From the NCBI GenBank assembly GCA_039799165.1, contig JBDLTH010000080.1, positions 6,000 through 69,999 on the forward strand: a stretch of DNA of 64,000 nucleotides. Reading direction: 5' to 3'. Positions 20,712-30,854 of the stretch are shown here, one piece after another. Each line of letters opens with the position of its first letter. Within the stretch, counting starts at the first letter, position 1. The notes beneath the pieces were generated by a model. The model saw only the letters and a program-made list of their open reading frames with translations, made no database searches and was not told the origin of the DNA. The position numbers and the translations under genes were made by a program. This DNA comes from Bacteroidota bacterium (GTDB lineage: Bacteria; Bacteroidota; Bacteroidia; Bacteroidales; Dysgonomonadaceae).

Positions 20712-21449
20712 ATGAAGCAATTATATATTATCATCGCATTGGTGTGCATATCATGCAATATGATGGCACAGAGCGGTGTACGTAAGAGCATACGTGAGGG
20801 AAATAAACTATATGAAGAAAAACTATACAACTCGGCAGAAGCCAGTTACAAAAAAGCCTTGAGCGAGAATGCCAAATCACCCGAAGGTATTTACAACTTA
20901 GCCAATGCGTATTATAAACAAGGAAATACAGATGAGGCTCTTAAACTGTACGAACAATATTTGAACGTAGAGAATAAAGATGCTACCAAAATGAGCCAAG
21001 CTTTGCACAATGTAGGCAACGTGTTTTTGAGTAAAAAGAAGTTGAAAGAATCGATAGAATCCTATAAAAGTGCATTACGGCTGAATCCCCATGACGATCA
21101 GACTCGTTACAACTTAGCAGCAGCAAAAAAGATGCTAGAAAACGAGCAGAACAAGCAGGATCAAGATAAAGACCAGAATAAGGATCAAAATAAGGATCAG
21201 AACAAAGACCAAAACAAGGATAAGGATCAAAAGAAAGACCAAAAGAAAGACCAAAATAAAGATCAGCAGAATCAGAACAAAGATCAGAAACAAGATCAGC
21301 AACAACAAATGTCGCAAGACAATATTCAGCAATTGCTAAAAGCAATAGAGCAGGACGAAAAAGGCACACAGGAACGTGTACAAAGAATGCAGGCTGAGGA
21401 GCGTAAAAGACAAAACGAGCAGAATAGAAAACAAGGTAAGGACTGGTAA
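20712..21449 (+). CDS. batC: BatC, TPR protein
   Basis: TPR repeats (GIYNLANAYY, ALHNVGNVF, YKSALRLNPHDDQTRYNL), Q/K/D-rich linker. Confidence 0.9.
   Translation: MKQLYIIIALVCISCNMMAQSGVRKSIREGNKLYEEKLYNSAEASYKKALSENAKSPEGIYNLANAYYKQGNTDEALKLYEQYLNVENKDATKMSQALHNVGNVFLSKKKLKESIESYKSALRLNPHDDQTRYNLAAAKKMLENEQNKQDQDKDQNKDQNKDQNKDQNKDKDQKKDQKKDQNKDQQNQNKDQKQDQQQQMSQDNIQQLLKAIEQDEKGTQERVQRMQAEERKRQNEQNRKQGKDW
21171..21299 (+). repeat. Degenerate 12-bp coding tandem repeat (DQNK)n in batC
   Basis: gaccagaataag gatcaaaataag gatcagaacaaa gaccaaaacaag... Confidence 0.85.
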
Positions 21450-21462
21450 TATAGATAATAAT

Positions 21463-22068
21463 ATGCACATACAACAACGATATTGGTTGGTATTGATCGT
21501 GTTGGTACTAGGTTGCCAGTATACTGATGCACATCAATACGTGTCAGAATTAGACGCATATCAAACAAGTCAATCAGACAAAAAGCCATCGAAAGCCCAA
21601 AAAGGCAAGTCGAAGCAAAATACAGACAGTGAGATTTCAGATCAAGATGCTTTTCTAAAATCGGAGGTGAGAAAACTGAAAATAGAAGACACACACGTGT
21701 TCGAAGTAAGCTACCGTCTCTATACTACATTAGATGTAAAAGGCATCACGAAGGTAAACCATCCTAAATTTGATAATTTTGACGTGTTGCAAGAGTGGAT
21801 ACCTAATGATGGATATATAGCAGTAGATGAAGTTGACGGACAACGATATTATGTAGTCGACCTTTGCAAAATTATTTTGGCACCCAACCGCTCGGGTACA
21901 ACAACCCTATCAGGCGGTAGCATCCAAGTTGTATTTGATATAAGTACAGACAAGACGGTCGACACATTTTTTGGAACAATGTACATTAAAAAAGAAGTCA
22001 ACAAACAATTATCAATACAGCCATTCACCATCGATGCAGGTTTGGTCGGTAATTGGGTAGAAGCGTAA
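21463..22068 (+). CDS. Short BatD-like single-domain secreted protein
   Basis: Signal peptide; aligns by eye with BatD domain 2 (PKFDNF/PEFDGF, GQRYYV/GRNYNV, APNRSG/FPQRSG, DTFFG/DTFFG). Confidence 0.75.
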   Translation: MHIQQRYWLVLIVLVLGCQYTDAHQYVSELDAYQTSQSDKKPSKAQKGKSKQNTDSEISDQDAFLKSEVRKLKIEDTHVFEVSYRLYTTLDVKGITKVNHPKFDNFDVLQEWIPNDGYIAVDEVDGQRYYVVDLCKIILAPNRSGTTTLSGGSIQVVFDISTDKTVDTFFGTMYIKKEVNKQLSIQPFTIDAGLVGNWVEA

Positions 22069-22123
22069 CCGTCAGATTATAAATATAAAAAGTGTAACAC
22101 ATCAAAAATATACGAAACATATT

Positions 22124-23977
22124 ATGCGTCAAATGCAAAAATACGTATACTTCTTAGTATTCCTTCTGAGTGTCGTTAACCTCGATGCTCAAGAAATATC
22201 TTTTAGGGCATCAGCCCCCAGTGCAGTAGTAAAAGGAGAATCCTTTCGGCTACTATACACATTGAGCAATGGTCAAGGTCAAAATATACAAATACCATCC
22301 ACTATCAATGGTTTCGAGATACTGTATGGTCCAGCCCTATCCAGTAGCCATAGCACCCGTATTGTGAATGGTAAGGCAAGTACCAACTCGTCCGAATCCT
22401 ATATATACACCCTATCAGCCACAGCTCAAGGAACGTACAATATACCTGCGGCAACAATCAGTGTCGATGGTAAAAGCTATACCTCCAATCGGTTAACGAT
22501 ACAGGTATTACCTCCTGACAAGTCGGCTCACAATCAACAAAACAACCCCAATAATCAAACAGGTCAAGCACAACAACAAACATCACCATCGTCATCTAAT
22601 GCAGCCAACATCAAAGCTTCGGATGCGTTTATCAGAGCCATTGTATCCAAAACACGTGTACGTGAGCAAGAAGCCTTTGTAGTTGTTTTTCGGTTTTATA
22701 CCATCCTCGATGTAAAGGAGATAGGTAAAATAGAGTTTCCCGAGTTCGATGGCTTTATGGTCGAAGACGAACCCCTTTCTAGCACCCGTCAGTTGTCGTT
22801 TGAGCATTATAATGGGCGCAACTACAATGTGGCTGACCTCAAACGCACCCTCCTGTTTCCACAACGGTCGGGGCAAATAACCATCCCCTCAGGCAAATTA
22901 GAAATGGTATTCCGTGTTAGGTCAGGAAAAACAGAGGATACGTTCTTTGGTCCTCAGCATGTGATGACTGACCTCAAGAAGGCGATGACTACCGCACCTC
23001 TAACCATCAATGTGAGCGAACTACCTGCGGGCAAGCCAAGCAATTTTTCGAATGGAGTAGGCTCATTTTCGATGACACATCAGCTATCGGCTACCGATGT
23101 TAAGGCGAATGACGCCATAACTCTGGTCCTCAAAATAGCAGGTACGGGCAACATGAAGTTGATACGCACCCCCGAGCTGGGTTTAGCCAAAGAGTTTGAG
23201 CTATATGACCCCAAGATAGATAACGATCTGAAGTTTACAGACAGTGGCTTGAGTGGAACGAAGACTATTGAGTATATGTTTATACCCCGCCATCAGGGTA
23301 CATACAAGCTTGCCCCTATCGAGATTCCGTATTTCGATACTCGAACCAATTCGTATAAAACATTAACTACGCCCGAGTATACCATTCAAGTAGCCAAAGA
23401 CCCTAATGCTGGAAATAATACGGCAACAAGCTTTGCTCAAACCGATGTGGTTGTAGATAGAGACATCAGGTATATAAAAACAGGCATTACCGAATTTGAG
23501 CAAGTAAATGATTTTACAATCAATAACTTTAGCTATTATATGTGGTATATTATACTTACAGCTTTGTTTATAGCCTGTTTTGTATTCTATCGAAAACAAG
23601 TGAAACAAAATACCGATGTTATTGGGCTGAGAACCAAGCGTGCAAACAGAATGGCAGTAAAACGACTCAAACAAGCCGAAGCCTATATACAAGCTAACCA
23701 GAAGGACAAGTTTTACGAAGAGCTTTTGCGAGCTACATGGGGCTACCTGAGCGATAAGTTGGCAATACCCATGGCACAGCTCAATCGTAGCAATGTGGAA
23801 CTAGAACTTGCTCGATACGGAGCTGGATCGCAGTTGGCAACTAAATTTATGTCTATTCTCGATACCTGCGAGTTTGCACAATATGCACCCTCCGAATCGA
23901 GTATGGCAATGAACGATTTGTACCAAGATACGGTAACAGCCATTGGCGAAATGGAAAATGTCAAGATTAAAAGATAA
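22124..23977 (+). CDS. batD: BatD
   Basis: FRASAPSAV, GFEILYGP, GSFSM, GTGNMKLI, FDTRTNSYKTL, CEFAQYAP; position in the operon. Confidence 0.9.
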   Translation: MRQMQKYVYFLVFLLSVVNLDAQEISFRASAPSAVVKGESFRLLYTLSNGQGQNIQIPSTINGFEILYGPALSSSHSTRIVNGKASTNSSESYIYTLSATAQGTYNIPAATISVDGKSYTSNRLTIQVLPPDKSAHNQQNNPNNQTGQAQQQTSPSSSNAANIKASDAFIRAIVSKTRVREQEAFVVVFRFYTILDVKEIGKIEFPEFDGFMVEDEPLSSTRQLSFEHYNGRNYNVADLKRTLLFPQRSGQITIPSGKLEMVFRVRSGKTEDTFFGPQHVMTDLKKAMTTAPLTINVSELPAGKPSNFSNGVGSFSMTHQLSATDVKANDAITLVLKIAGTGNMKLIRTPELGLAKEFELYDPKIDNDLKFTDSGLSGTKTIEYMFIPRHQGTYKLAPIEIPYFDTRTNSYKTLTTPEYTIQVAKDPNAGNNTATSFAQTDVVVDRDIRYIKTGITEFEQVNDFTINNFSYYMWYIILTALFIACFVFYRKQVKQNTDVIGLRTKRANRMAVKRLKQAEAYIQANQKDKFYEELLRATWGYLSDKLAIPMAQLNRSNVELELARYGAGSQLATKFMSILDTCEFAQYAPSESSMAMNDLYQDTVTAIGEMENVKIKR

Positions 23978-24006
23978 TATACTTGAAAATAAATAGTTTA
24001 AGTAAA

Positions 24007-24843
24007 ATGAAACTTTGTATAAAACCATTGTTGTTTATATCGATTTGTATTCTATTATCAACAGTAGGCTTACACGCACAAGATAAAATAGGTCAAGTAA
24101 ACGATACTACGCAGATCATTGAGGCCACAGCTCAACAGATAGAAGAGCTGAGAGGCGAAAGCCAGTTGCAATATCAAGAAGGAAACTTCAGAAAGGCAAT
24201 TGAACTGCTCGAAGCCGAAATAGATCAAGCCAACAAGCGGGGCGAGGCATCGGCTCAGTTATACTACAACCTAGGCAATGCCTACTTCAGGGATGGCGAA
24301 TTGGCAAAAGCAATGCTCAATTATGAGCGAGCCTTGCTATACGACCCAGGCGATGCCGACATTCGGCACAATATCGAGTACACACAAACTCGTATCGAAG
24401 ACAAGATACTGACGGCCGATAATTTTTTTCTGAAAATTTGGTTCGAGGGGCTTCAAAACCTCCAACCGTCCAATAGTTGGGCCACGTTGTCAGTCGTGTT
24501 CTTTGTGCTGTTTATAGGCTGTTTATTTCTGTTTTTCTTTGCCCCTATACGAGCATTAAAAAAAACAGGATTCTATGCAGGACTAGTTCTACTAGCATCA
24601 CTTATATTTACCAATATATTTGCGGTTAATCAAAAATCAAAAATCAAAAATCGCAATACCGCCATTGTTATGGAAGGCTCGGTACCCGTTGCTAGCTCAC
24701 CCAGTAGTTCGTCCAAAGAACTATTTATTTTACATGCAGGCACAAAAGTATCAGTAAACAAAACCGATGGTAGCTGGTGTGAGATTGAAATAGCCAATGG
24801 AAGCATCGGCTGGATACAGAAAGATAAAATAGAAATAATTTGA
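24007..24843 (+). CDS. batE: BatE, TPR + SH3 protein
   Basis: LYYNLGNAYFR, ILNYERAL-like TPR, C-terminal LHAGTKV...W..IEIANGSIGWI SH3. Confidence 0.9.
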   Translation: MKLCIKPLLFISICILLSTVGLHAQDKIGQVNDTTQIIEATAQQIEELRGESQLQYQEGNFRKAIELLEAEIDQANKRGEASAQLYYNLGNAYFRDGELAKAMLNYERALLYDPGDADIRHNIEYTQTRIEDKILTADNFFLKIWFEGLQNLQPSNSWATLSVVFFVLFIGCLFLFFFAPIRALKKTGFYAGLVLLASLIFTNIFAVNQKSKIKNRNTAIVMEGSVPVASSPSSSSKELFILHAGTKVSVNKTDGSWCEIEIANGSIGWIQKDKIEII

Positions 24844-24847
24844 AGAT

Positions 24848-25576
24848 ATGTTACTTAACACAGCACATGAAATAGTAGAGCAAATATTGCCTTACGAGCG
24901 CGATTTATTTTTTTTGATGAATGGCTCAGATAATATTTTCTGGGATAGTTTCATGTGGATTTACAGTAACAAGCTTACGTGGATTCCTCTAGCACTAGTC
25001 GCTTTGGGCGTACTAGTCTATAAAATCAAATGGCAGTATGCACTTTGGGTTGTTTTATGTACCGCCTTACTCTTTATATTGTGCGACCAAGTGTCGGCAG
25101 GAGTCATCAAAACCTTATTCGAGCGATATAGACCCACACATCACCCCGATTTTAAAGATATGGTAGACATTGTAAACGACTATCGAGGTGGTCGCTTTGG
25201 CTTTGTATCCGCACATGCAGCCAATGGCTTTGGTGCGGCAGTCTTTTTTTCGTTGTTGCTTAAGTATCGTTGGCTCACAGTAACGCTATTTACATGGGCT
25301 ACCATCACCTGCTATTCACGCATCTATCTAGGCGTGCATTTTATCTCCGATGTCCTAGGAGGTATGCTGTTAGGTGCAATCTTAGGATATATAGTATACA
25401 CTATATTTCAGTATGGTCGAGTTCACTTTCTAAGACAATCAACACGCCTATCAAAACTACCCTTCTATAGTCAAGAAAGAGGGCAAATACTCACATTTTC
25501 AATTCTAAGCATCATCTTACTCATCATTCTTGTCAGCATATTGAATTTTATATTTGGTTTTCGTTTGCTTTATTGA
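24848..25576 (+). CDS. PAP2-family phosphatase
   Basis: K...RYRP, FVSAHA, SRIYLGVHF..D motifs. Confidence 0.9.
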   Translation: MLLNTAHEIVEQILPYERDLFFLMNGSDNIFWDSFMWIYSNKLTWIPLALVALGVLVYKIKWQYALWVVLCTALLFILCDQVSAGVIKTLFERYRPTHHPDFKDMVDIVNDYRGGRFGFVSAHAANGFGAAVFFSLLLKYRWLTVTLFTWATITCYSRIYLGVHFISDVLGGMLLGAILGYIVYTIFQYGRVHFLRQSTRLSKLPFYSQERGQILTFSILSIILLIILVSILNFIFGFRLLY

Positions 25577-25635
25577 AGTTATTTCATAACTTTAAACCAA
25601 CAAACTTAGTGTTAACCATCTAATTATTATTCATT

Positions 25636-25890
25636 ATGACAAGAACAATAACGTATAATGAACTTCGTAAAATCAAAGATCGTTTGCCCGATGGAAGTAT
25701 TCATCAAATAGCAAAAGAATTACACTTATCAGACGAAACAGTTCGAAATTATTTTGGTGGGCATAGTTATGCAGATGGGCAAAGTTGCGGCATTCATATC
25801 GAGCCAGGGCCCGATGGAGGAATCGTTGTTCTCGACGATGTTTCAATTTTAGATTTAGCACTACAACTATTAGACACAGACAAAAAATGA
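25636..25890 (+). CDS. Small conserved Bacteroidales putative DNA-binding protein
   Basis: TITYNELRKIKDRLPDGSIHQIAKEL...TVRNYFGG HTH-like; family recalled from Bacteroides synteny. Confidence 0.75.
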   Translation: MTRTITYNELRKIKDRLPDGSIHQIAKELHLSDETVRNYFGGHSYADGQSCGIHIEPGPDGGIVVLDDVSILDLALQLLDTDKK

Positions 25891-25897
25891 TTTATTT

Positions 25898-27016
25898 ATG
25901 AGTGATAAATTAGTTACACTAGCCATTCACACACAAGAAAAAGCCCAGATTCTGAAGGCAGTTCTCAATGCTGAGCAAATAGAGGTTATTGTCGAAACCA
26001 TTATTGAAGACAATTCTGATCACATCACAGGTATGCGTTTGCGTATACACGAATCCGATCTGTCCAAAGCCCTCAATATACTCGAAAGTCGCAATCTATT
26101 TAGTTACGACGAACCAGAGACCTACCGTACCGATGATGGACGTAAACGCATACTGGTACCTGTCGATTTTTCTGAATATTCACTCAAAGCATGTCGTATC
26201 GCTTTCAACTTAGCCAAGGAAATCAACGGCAAAGTCAAAATACTAAATGTATACTTCAATCCCTATTACCCCACGGCACTGCCAATGTCAGAAGCTTTTG
26301 CCTATCAAGGAAAAGAGGAGGCCGAGTTTCAACGTATTGTAGAGCGAGTAAACGAAGATATAAAAAAACTGTGCAATACGATCGATCAGAAAATAGCAAG
26401 TGGAGAGTTTCCCTCCGTCAACTACTCGTATGTCCTGAAAGAAGGCTTGCCCGAAGAGGAGATTGTGTCCTTTGCCCAAGAGTACAAGCCAGCACTCATT
26501 GTGATGGGTACACGAGGCAAAGATCAGAAAAGTGCAGACCTCATAGGAAGCGTTACTGCCGAGGTAATAGAGATGGTAGGCATACCCTTGTTGGCAATAC
26601 CCGATAAAACCTCGTTTTACGATTTCAAACAAGTCAAGACTATTTCGTTTCTAACCAACTTTAGCCAGCGCGATCTACTCTCGTTTGCTGTTATGGTGGA
26701 GTTTTTCAAGAACTGTCCAGTCAAAATTTATATGACACACATCAAAGAGAAGAAAACCGACGAATGGACGGTGATAAAGTTAGAGGGAATACAAGCATAC
26801 TTCAAAAAAGAATATCCCCATGTCAATATCGACTATAAGCTAATTGCCGGCGATGATGTTGTACTTGCGTTAGACGAATTTGTGACAAACTCACAGATCG
26901 ATTTAATAGCCCTTACTACAGCCAAAAGAAACATTTTTACCCGCCTGTTTCGTCCAAGTGTATCCCGTAAAATGTTGTTGCAAAGTGATACCCCTCTGTT
27001 CGTGTTGCGAGGATAA
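25898..27016 (+). CDS. Universal stress protein (UspA family)
   Basis: ILVPVDFSEYS, LIVMGTRG, IGSVTAEV motifs. Confidence 0.9.
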   Translation: MSDKLVTLAIHTQEKAQILKAVLNAEQIEVIVETIIEDNSDHITGMRLRIHESDLSKALNILESRNLFSYDEPETYRTDDGRKRILVPVDFSEYSLKACRIAFNLAKEINGKVKILNVYFNPYYPTALPMSEAFAYQGKEEAEFQRIVERVNEDIKKLCNTIDQKIASGEFPSVNYSYVLKEGLPEEEIVSFAQEYKPALIVMGTRGKDQKSADLIGSVTAEVIEMVGIPLLAIPDKTSFYDFKQVKTISFLTNFSQRDLLSFAVMVEFFKNCPVKIYMTHIKEKKTDEWTVIKLEGIQAYFKKEYPHVNIDYKLIAGDDVVLALDEFVTNSQIDLIALTTAKRNIFTRLFRPSVSRKMLLQSDTPLFVLRG

Positions 27017-27141
27017 ATATTTTTTGCGTACCTTAGTCAGTCCAAAAAAAATAATATAAATATAGAATCAGCCCTCGTGTTTTTGGAGGGTAGGTTCTAT
27101 ATTTGTAGTATAGATAACTTGTACTATTTTTAACTAAACCA

Positions 27142-29211
27142 ATGAAAAAAACGATTGTAATGACAATGACAGGACTGTCAATGATGTTGACAAGTTGCGG
27201 TGGAGCAAGCGATAAAGCTTCGCAAACGGCAGCTTCGCCCACCGACGATTTTGTGTATGAAGTAGATGCATTTGCCGATTTGCAAATATTGCGTTATAAA
27301 GTACCTCAATTCGAGTTGCTCAGTTTGCAACAAAAAGAGATGATCTATTACCTGTCGCAGGCAGCCATAGAAGGACGAGATATTTTGTTTGACCAAAACA
27401 ACCGCTACAACTTGGCAATACGTCGCACATTGGAAGCGATTTACGAAAATTATACGGGAGATCCTAACGATAAAGAATTTAAAGCATTAGAAATCTATCT
27501 TAAACGAGTATGGTTTTCGAATGGTATACACCATCACTATGGCGAAGATAAATTTTTGCCCGAATTTTCGGTCGACTTTTTCGAGGAGCAAGTGAGGTTA
27601 TTAACCGAAGAGCTTGTGCCTACCAAAGATAACCAGTCCACCGACGATTTTTTGGGAATGATCGTACCCATTATGTTCAACCCCTCTGTAATGCCCAAGA
27701 AAGTAAATCAGGCAGCAGGAGTAGACTTGATAAAAACATCAGCCAATAACTATTACGGAGACGGTGTAAGCCAAAAAGAGGTAGAAACCTTTTATGCTAA
27801 AATGAAAAACCCGAACGATTCTACCCCCATCATGTTTGGGATGAACAGTCGTTTAGTCAAACAAAACGGAGTGTTGGTCGAAAAAGTATGGAAAGTAGGG
27901 GGAGTATACGATCCTGCTATTCAGCGTGTAATAGGATGGCTGAACAAAGCCAAAGCAGTAGCCGAAAACGATGCACAAAAGAAAGTCATAGACCTGCTTA
28001 TCTCGTTTTATACATCTGGCGATCTTAAAACTTTTGATCAATATGCAATTGCATGGGTGCAAGACACCCTGTCGAGAATAGACTTTGTGAATGGGTTTAC
28101 CGAAAGTTACGGCGACCCATTGGGCATGAAAGCCAGTTGGGAGTCGATCGTAAACTTCAAAAACGAAGAAGCCACCAAGCGTACCGAGATTATAAGCAAC
28201 AATGCACAATGGTTCGAGAACAACTCGCCAGTAGAGCCTCGTTTTCGCAAAGAAAAGGTAAAAGGTATTGTAGCCAAAGTAATCACCGTAGCCCAATTGG
28301 GAGGCGATTGCTATCCATCTACCCCCATTGGTGTCAATCTACCTAACTCTAACTGGATACGTAAAGACTATGGCTCAAAATCGGTAACTATCGAGAACAT
28401 CATGGAGGCATATGACAAAGCTGCGGAGCATAGCGGATTTAGCGACGAGTTTGTATGGTCTAAAACCGAGTTGGACTTGTTGCACAAATATGGTTTTGTA
28501 ACCGATGTGTTACATACCGATTTGCATGAGATATTGGGACATGGATCGGGGCAGTTGATGCCGGGTGTAGATCCAGATGCCTTAAAATCGTATGGGTCTA
28601 CGATCGAAGAAACACGTGCCGATCTCTTTGGTCTGTATTATGTAGCCGACCCTAAATTGGTAGAACTGAAAATAATACCCGATGCCGAGGCATACAAAGC
28701 CGAGTATTATAAATTTATGATGAATGGGTTGATGACACAGCTTACCCGTATCGATGCAGGTAAAGATGTAGAAGAATCACATATGCGTAACCGGCAATTA
28801 ATAGCCCGATGGGTGTATGAAAAAGGCAAAACAGAGAATGTAGTCGAATTTAAACAACGAGATGGCAAGACATACGTTGTTGTAAACGATTATGTCAAGC
28901 TACGTAAGCTATTTGGACAGTTTTTGGGCGAGATACAACGTATCAAGTCAGAAGGAGACCTAGCAGCAGCCAAAGCATTAGTCGAAAACTATGCCGTAAA
29001 GGTAGACCCTAGCCTGCACAATGAGGTGCTAAGCCGTTACAAAAACCTAAATCTAAAACCGTATAAAGGATTCGTAAACCCTGTGTTTGACCTAGTAAAA
29101 GACGATGCAGGTAAACTAATAGATGTGAAGATTTTATATACCGAAAATTATGTAGAGCAAATGATGAGATACTCCAAGCAGTTCTCTGTTTTGCCTACTT
29201 ATAACGATTAA
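27142..29211 (+). CDS. Dipeptidyl-peptidase III (M49), lipoprotein
   Basis: HEILGH hexapeptide Zn motif, EETRAD, lipobox LTSC. Confidence 0.93.
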   Translation: MKKTIVMTMTGLSMMLTSCGGASDKASQTAASPTDDFVYEVDAFADLQILRYKVPQFELLSLQQKEMIYYLSQAAIEGRDILFDQNNRYNLAIRRTLEAIYENYTGDPNDKEFKALEIYLKRVWFSNGIHHHYGEDKFLPEFSVDFFEEQVRLLTEELVPTKDNQSTDDFLGMIVPIMFNPSVMPKKVNQAAGVDLIKTSANNYYGDGVSQKEVETFYAKMKNPNDSTPIMFGMNSRLVKQNGVLVEKVWKVGGVYDPAIQRVIGWLNKAKAVAENDAQKKVIDLLISFYTSGDLKTFDQYAIAWVQDTLSRIDFVNGFTESYGDPLGMKASWESIVNFKNEEATKRTEIISNNAQWFENNSPVEPRFRKEKVKGIVAKVITVAQLGGDCYPSTPIGVNLPNSNWIRKDYGSKSVTIENIMEAYDKAAEHSGFSDEFVWSKTELDLLHKYGFVTDVLHTDLHEILGHGSGQLMPGVDPDALKSYGSTIEETRADLFGLYYVADPKLVELKIIPDAEAYKAEYYKFMMNGLMTQLTRIDAGKDVEESHMRNRQLIARWVYEKGKTENVVEFKQRDGKTYVVVNDYVKLRKLFGQFLGEIQRIKSEGDLAAAKALVENYAVKVDPSLHNEVLSRYKNLNLKPYKGFVNPVFDLVKDDAGKLIDVKILYTENYVEQMMRYSKQFSVLPTYND

Positions 29212-29230
29212 GGTAGTTCTATAAGCAAAG

Positions 29231-29265
29231 AAAACCCCGAGCGGATTCAATCCTTCGGGGTTTTT
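29231..29265. terminator. Bidirectional terminator
   Basis: aaaaccccgag...ttcggggttttt between convergent genes. Confidence 0.75.
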
Positions 29266-29375
29266 AGTTGTCATATCAATCAGTAAATTATGTCAATCAG
29301 TGGCTCAAACAATTTTCGATTGTATGTACGATGCTAAAGAACATCTTGCCAGCATCACAACTATCGACCAATAAA

Positions 29376-29870
29376 TTAGATGTATTGTTTTAAATCTTCT
29401 AACCAGTTGGCAATACGCTCGTCCGTTTGGTCAAACTCATTATCATCGTCCAAAGCTAAACCAATAAATTTGCCGTCTACTACCGACTCCGAAGCATCGT
29501 ATGTATAACCATCAGTAGATACTGCACCTACTATCTCGGCATTGTCTTTGATGGCTTTGTATATCTCCGAGATGCCATTACAAAAAGTATCGGCATACGA
29601 AGAACTATCACCTAAACCAAAAAGAGCTACTTTCTTGCCCGCAAAGTTGATGTTGCTAAACTGAGGAAGAAACTCTTCCCAGTCGCTTTGCAAATCGCCA
29701 TATCCTGTTGTAGATGCACCTAAAAGAAGAAAATCGTAACCCTCTATTTTGTCAACTGACAAACGTGCTACATCAAACACATCAGCTGTAGGGAGTGCTT
29801 TCTTAAATTTGGCAGCTACCGATTCAGTAGCACCGCTTGACGTTCCGTATATAATTGCTATTTTGCTCAT
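29376..29870 (-). CDS. fldA: Long-chain flavodoxin
   Basis: YGTSSGATE, GASTTGYGDLQ, FGLGD, FIGLALD motifs. Confidence 0.93.
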   Translation of the reverse strand: MSKIAIIYGTSSGATESVAAKFKKALPTADVFDVARLSVDKIEGYDFLLLGASTTGYGDLQSDWEEFLPQFSNINFAGKKVALFGLGDSSSYADTFCNGISEIYKAIKDNAEIVGAVSTDGYTYDASESVVDGKFIGLALDDDNEFDQTDERIANWLEDLKQYI

Positions 29871-30125
29871 TATAATAAATTTATTAAATTGAAAATAATA
29901 TTTTTCACTTACATTATAACAAATATAATAAGTTTAGGTTTACAGAGATGTCAATATCTATTTTGGTATTAAGTAAACGGGCTTGCTAATAGTCATAAGA
30001 CCATTTAAATAGTTGATATATAACACCTATCGATATCTATCGAACTTTAATCAATAGTATCTATGTTTTGGCGATTTGTCTATTATTCCGAAGAGTCTAC
30101 ACCAAAACCCTTCATTATTGATAAA

Positions 30126-30656
30126 TTAGGGTTCTTCCAATACTTTCCTCAATAATTCAAGCCCCAACTCATTGGTAGTCTCAATATCCGATTTAGCACC
30201 TAAAATCCACAAAAAAACAGCACTTCTCAAAGAAGATTTCATCTCGAAACTCTGTTTTACTGTAGCTGATCTACTATTGCCTGAGAAGGTATAATTGAAA
30301 ACCGATTGGGAGGTGAATGGCTTTTTAACATCACATTTGATAGAGATAAATAGGGGACTGTCTAATTTTATGATTTCTTGATAGCCAATGTCTCTATTAG
30401 TTTCATCACCAATCCAATGCAGTTGTGTACCCACCATTGCACCTGCCCCTTTGATCTCGTATTTCAACTGCGGATTTTTGTATAAAAAGGGCGACCATTT
30501 GTAAAAATGCCTTTGGTCTGCCACTAGCATAAACACGCTGTCAAGAGCAGCGTTGACCGTAATCTCTGTTTCTATTTTCAGCTCTGTTAGCTGGCTAGCT
30601 TTGAAGAGTGTGAATAGGATAACCGCCATAAGCACTAAGGAAATGCAGATAATCAT
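30126..30656 (-). CDS. SRPBCC (START-like) domain protein with N-terminal anchor
   Basis: ETEITVNA...VF.LV.D...KWSPF, G.MVGT.LHW.G pattern. Confidence 0.75.
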   Translation of the reverse strand: MIICISLVLMAVILFTLFKASQLTELKIETEITVNAALDSVFMLVADQRHFYKWSPFLYKNPQLKYEIKGAGAMVGTQLHWIGDETNRDIGYQEIIKLDSPLFISIKCDVKKPFTSQSVFNYTFSGNSRSATVKQSFEMKSSLRSAVFLWILGAKSDIETTNELGLELLRKVLEEP

Positions 30657-30774
30657 TCTTTTTCATTTTTGAAGTTCACTCTACTATACCTAGATATTAG
30701 TTTATTATAATCAGAGCGAGCTTTTCTGTACGATACCTAAATCTTTTATTTACTGAGTACAAAATTAGAATAAG

Positions 30775-30818
30775 ATTCCTTAATATTTCTTGTCATATGA
30801 CAAGAAATATTAAGGAAT
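30775..30818. promoter_or_regulatory. Perfect 44-bp palindrome, candidate Crp/Fnr-family operator (core TTGTC-ATAT-GACAA)
   Basis: attccttaatatttcttgtcat|atgacaagaaatattaaggaat; minus-strand TAATTTTG box at 30760-30767. Confidence 0.55.
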
Positions 30819-30854
30819 GAATTATTATTACACCAAAAAGTAGTGTAGTCAAGT

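Noticed and set aside
21171-21299. CRISPR-like or novel repeat array
   Set aside because: Degenerate 12-bp coding repeat (DQNK) in the usual BatC linker; no spacers and no cas genes
20983-21477. Hydrophobic minus-strand ORFs
   Set aside because: Mirror of the batC low-complexity repeat
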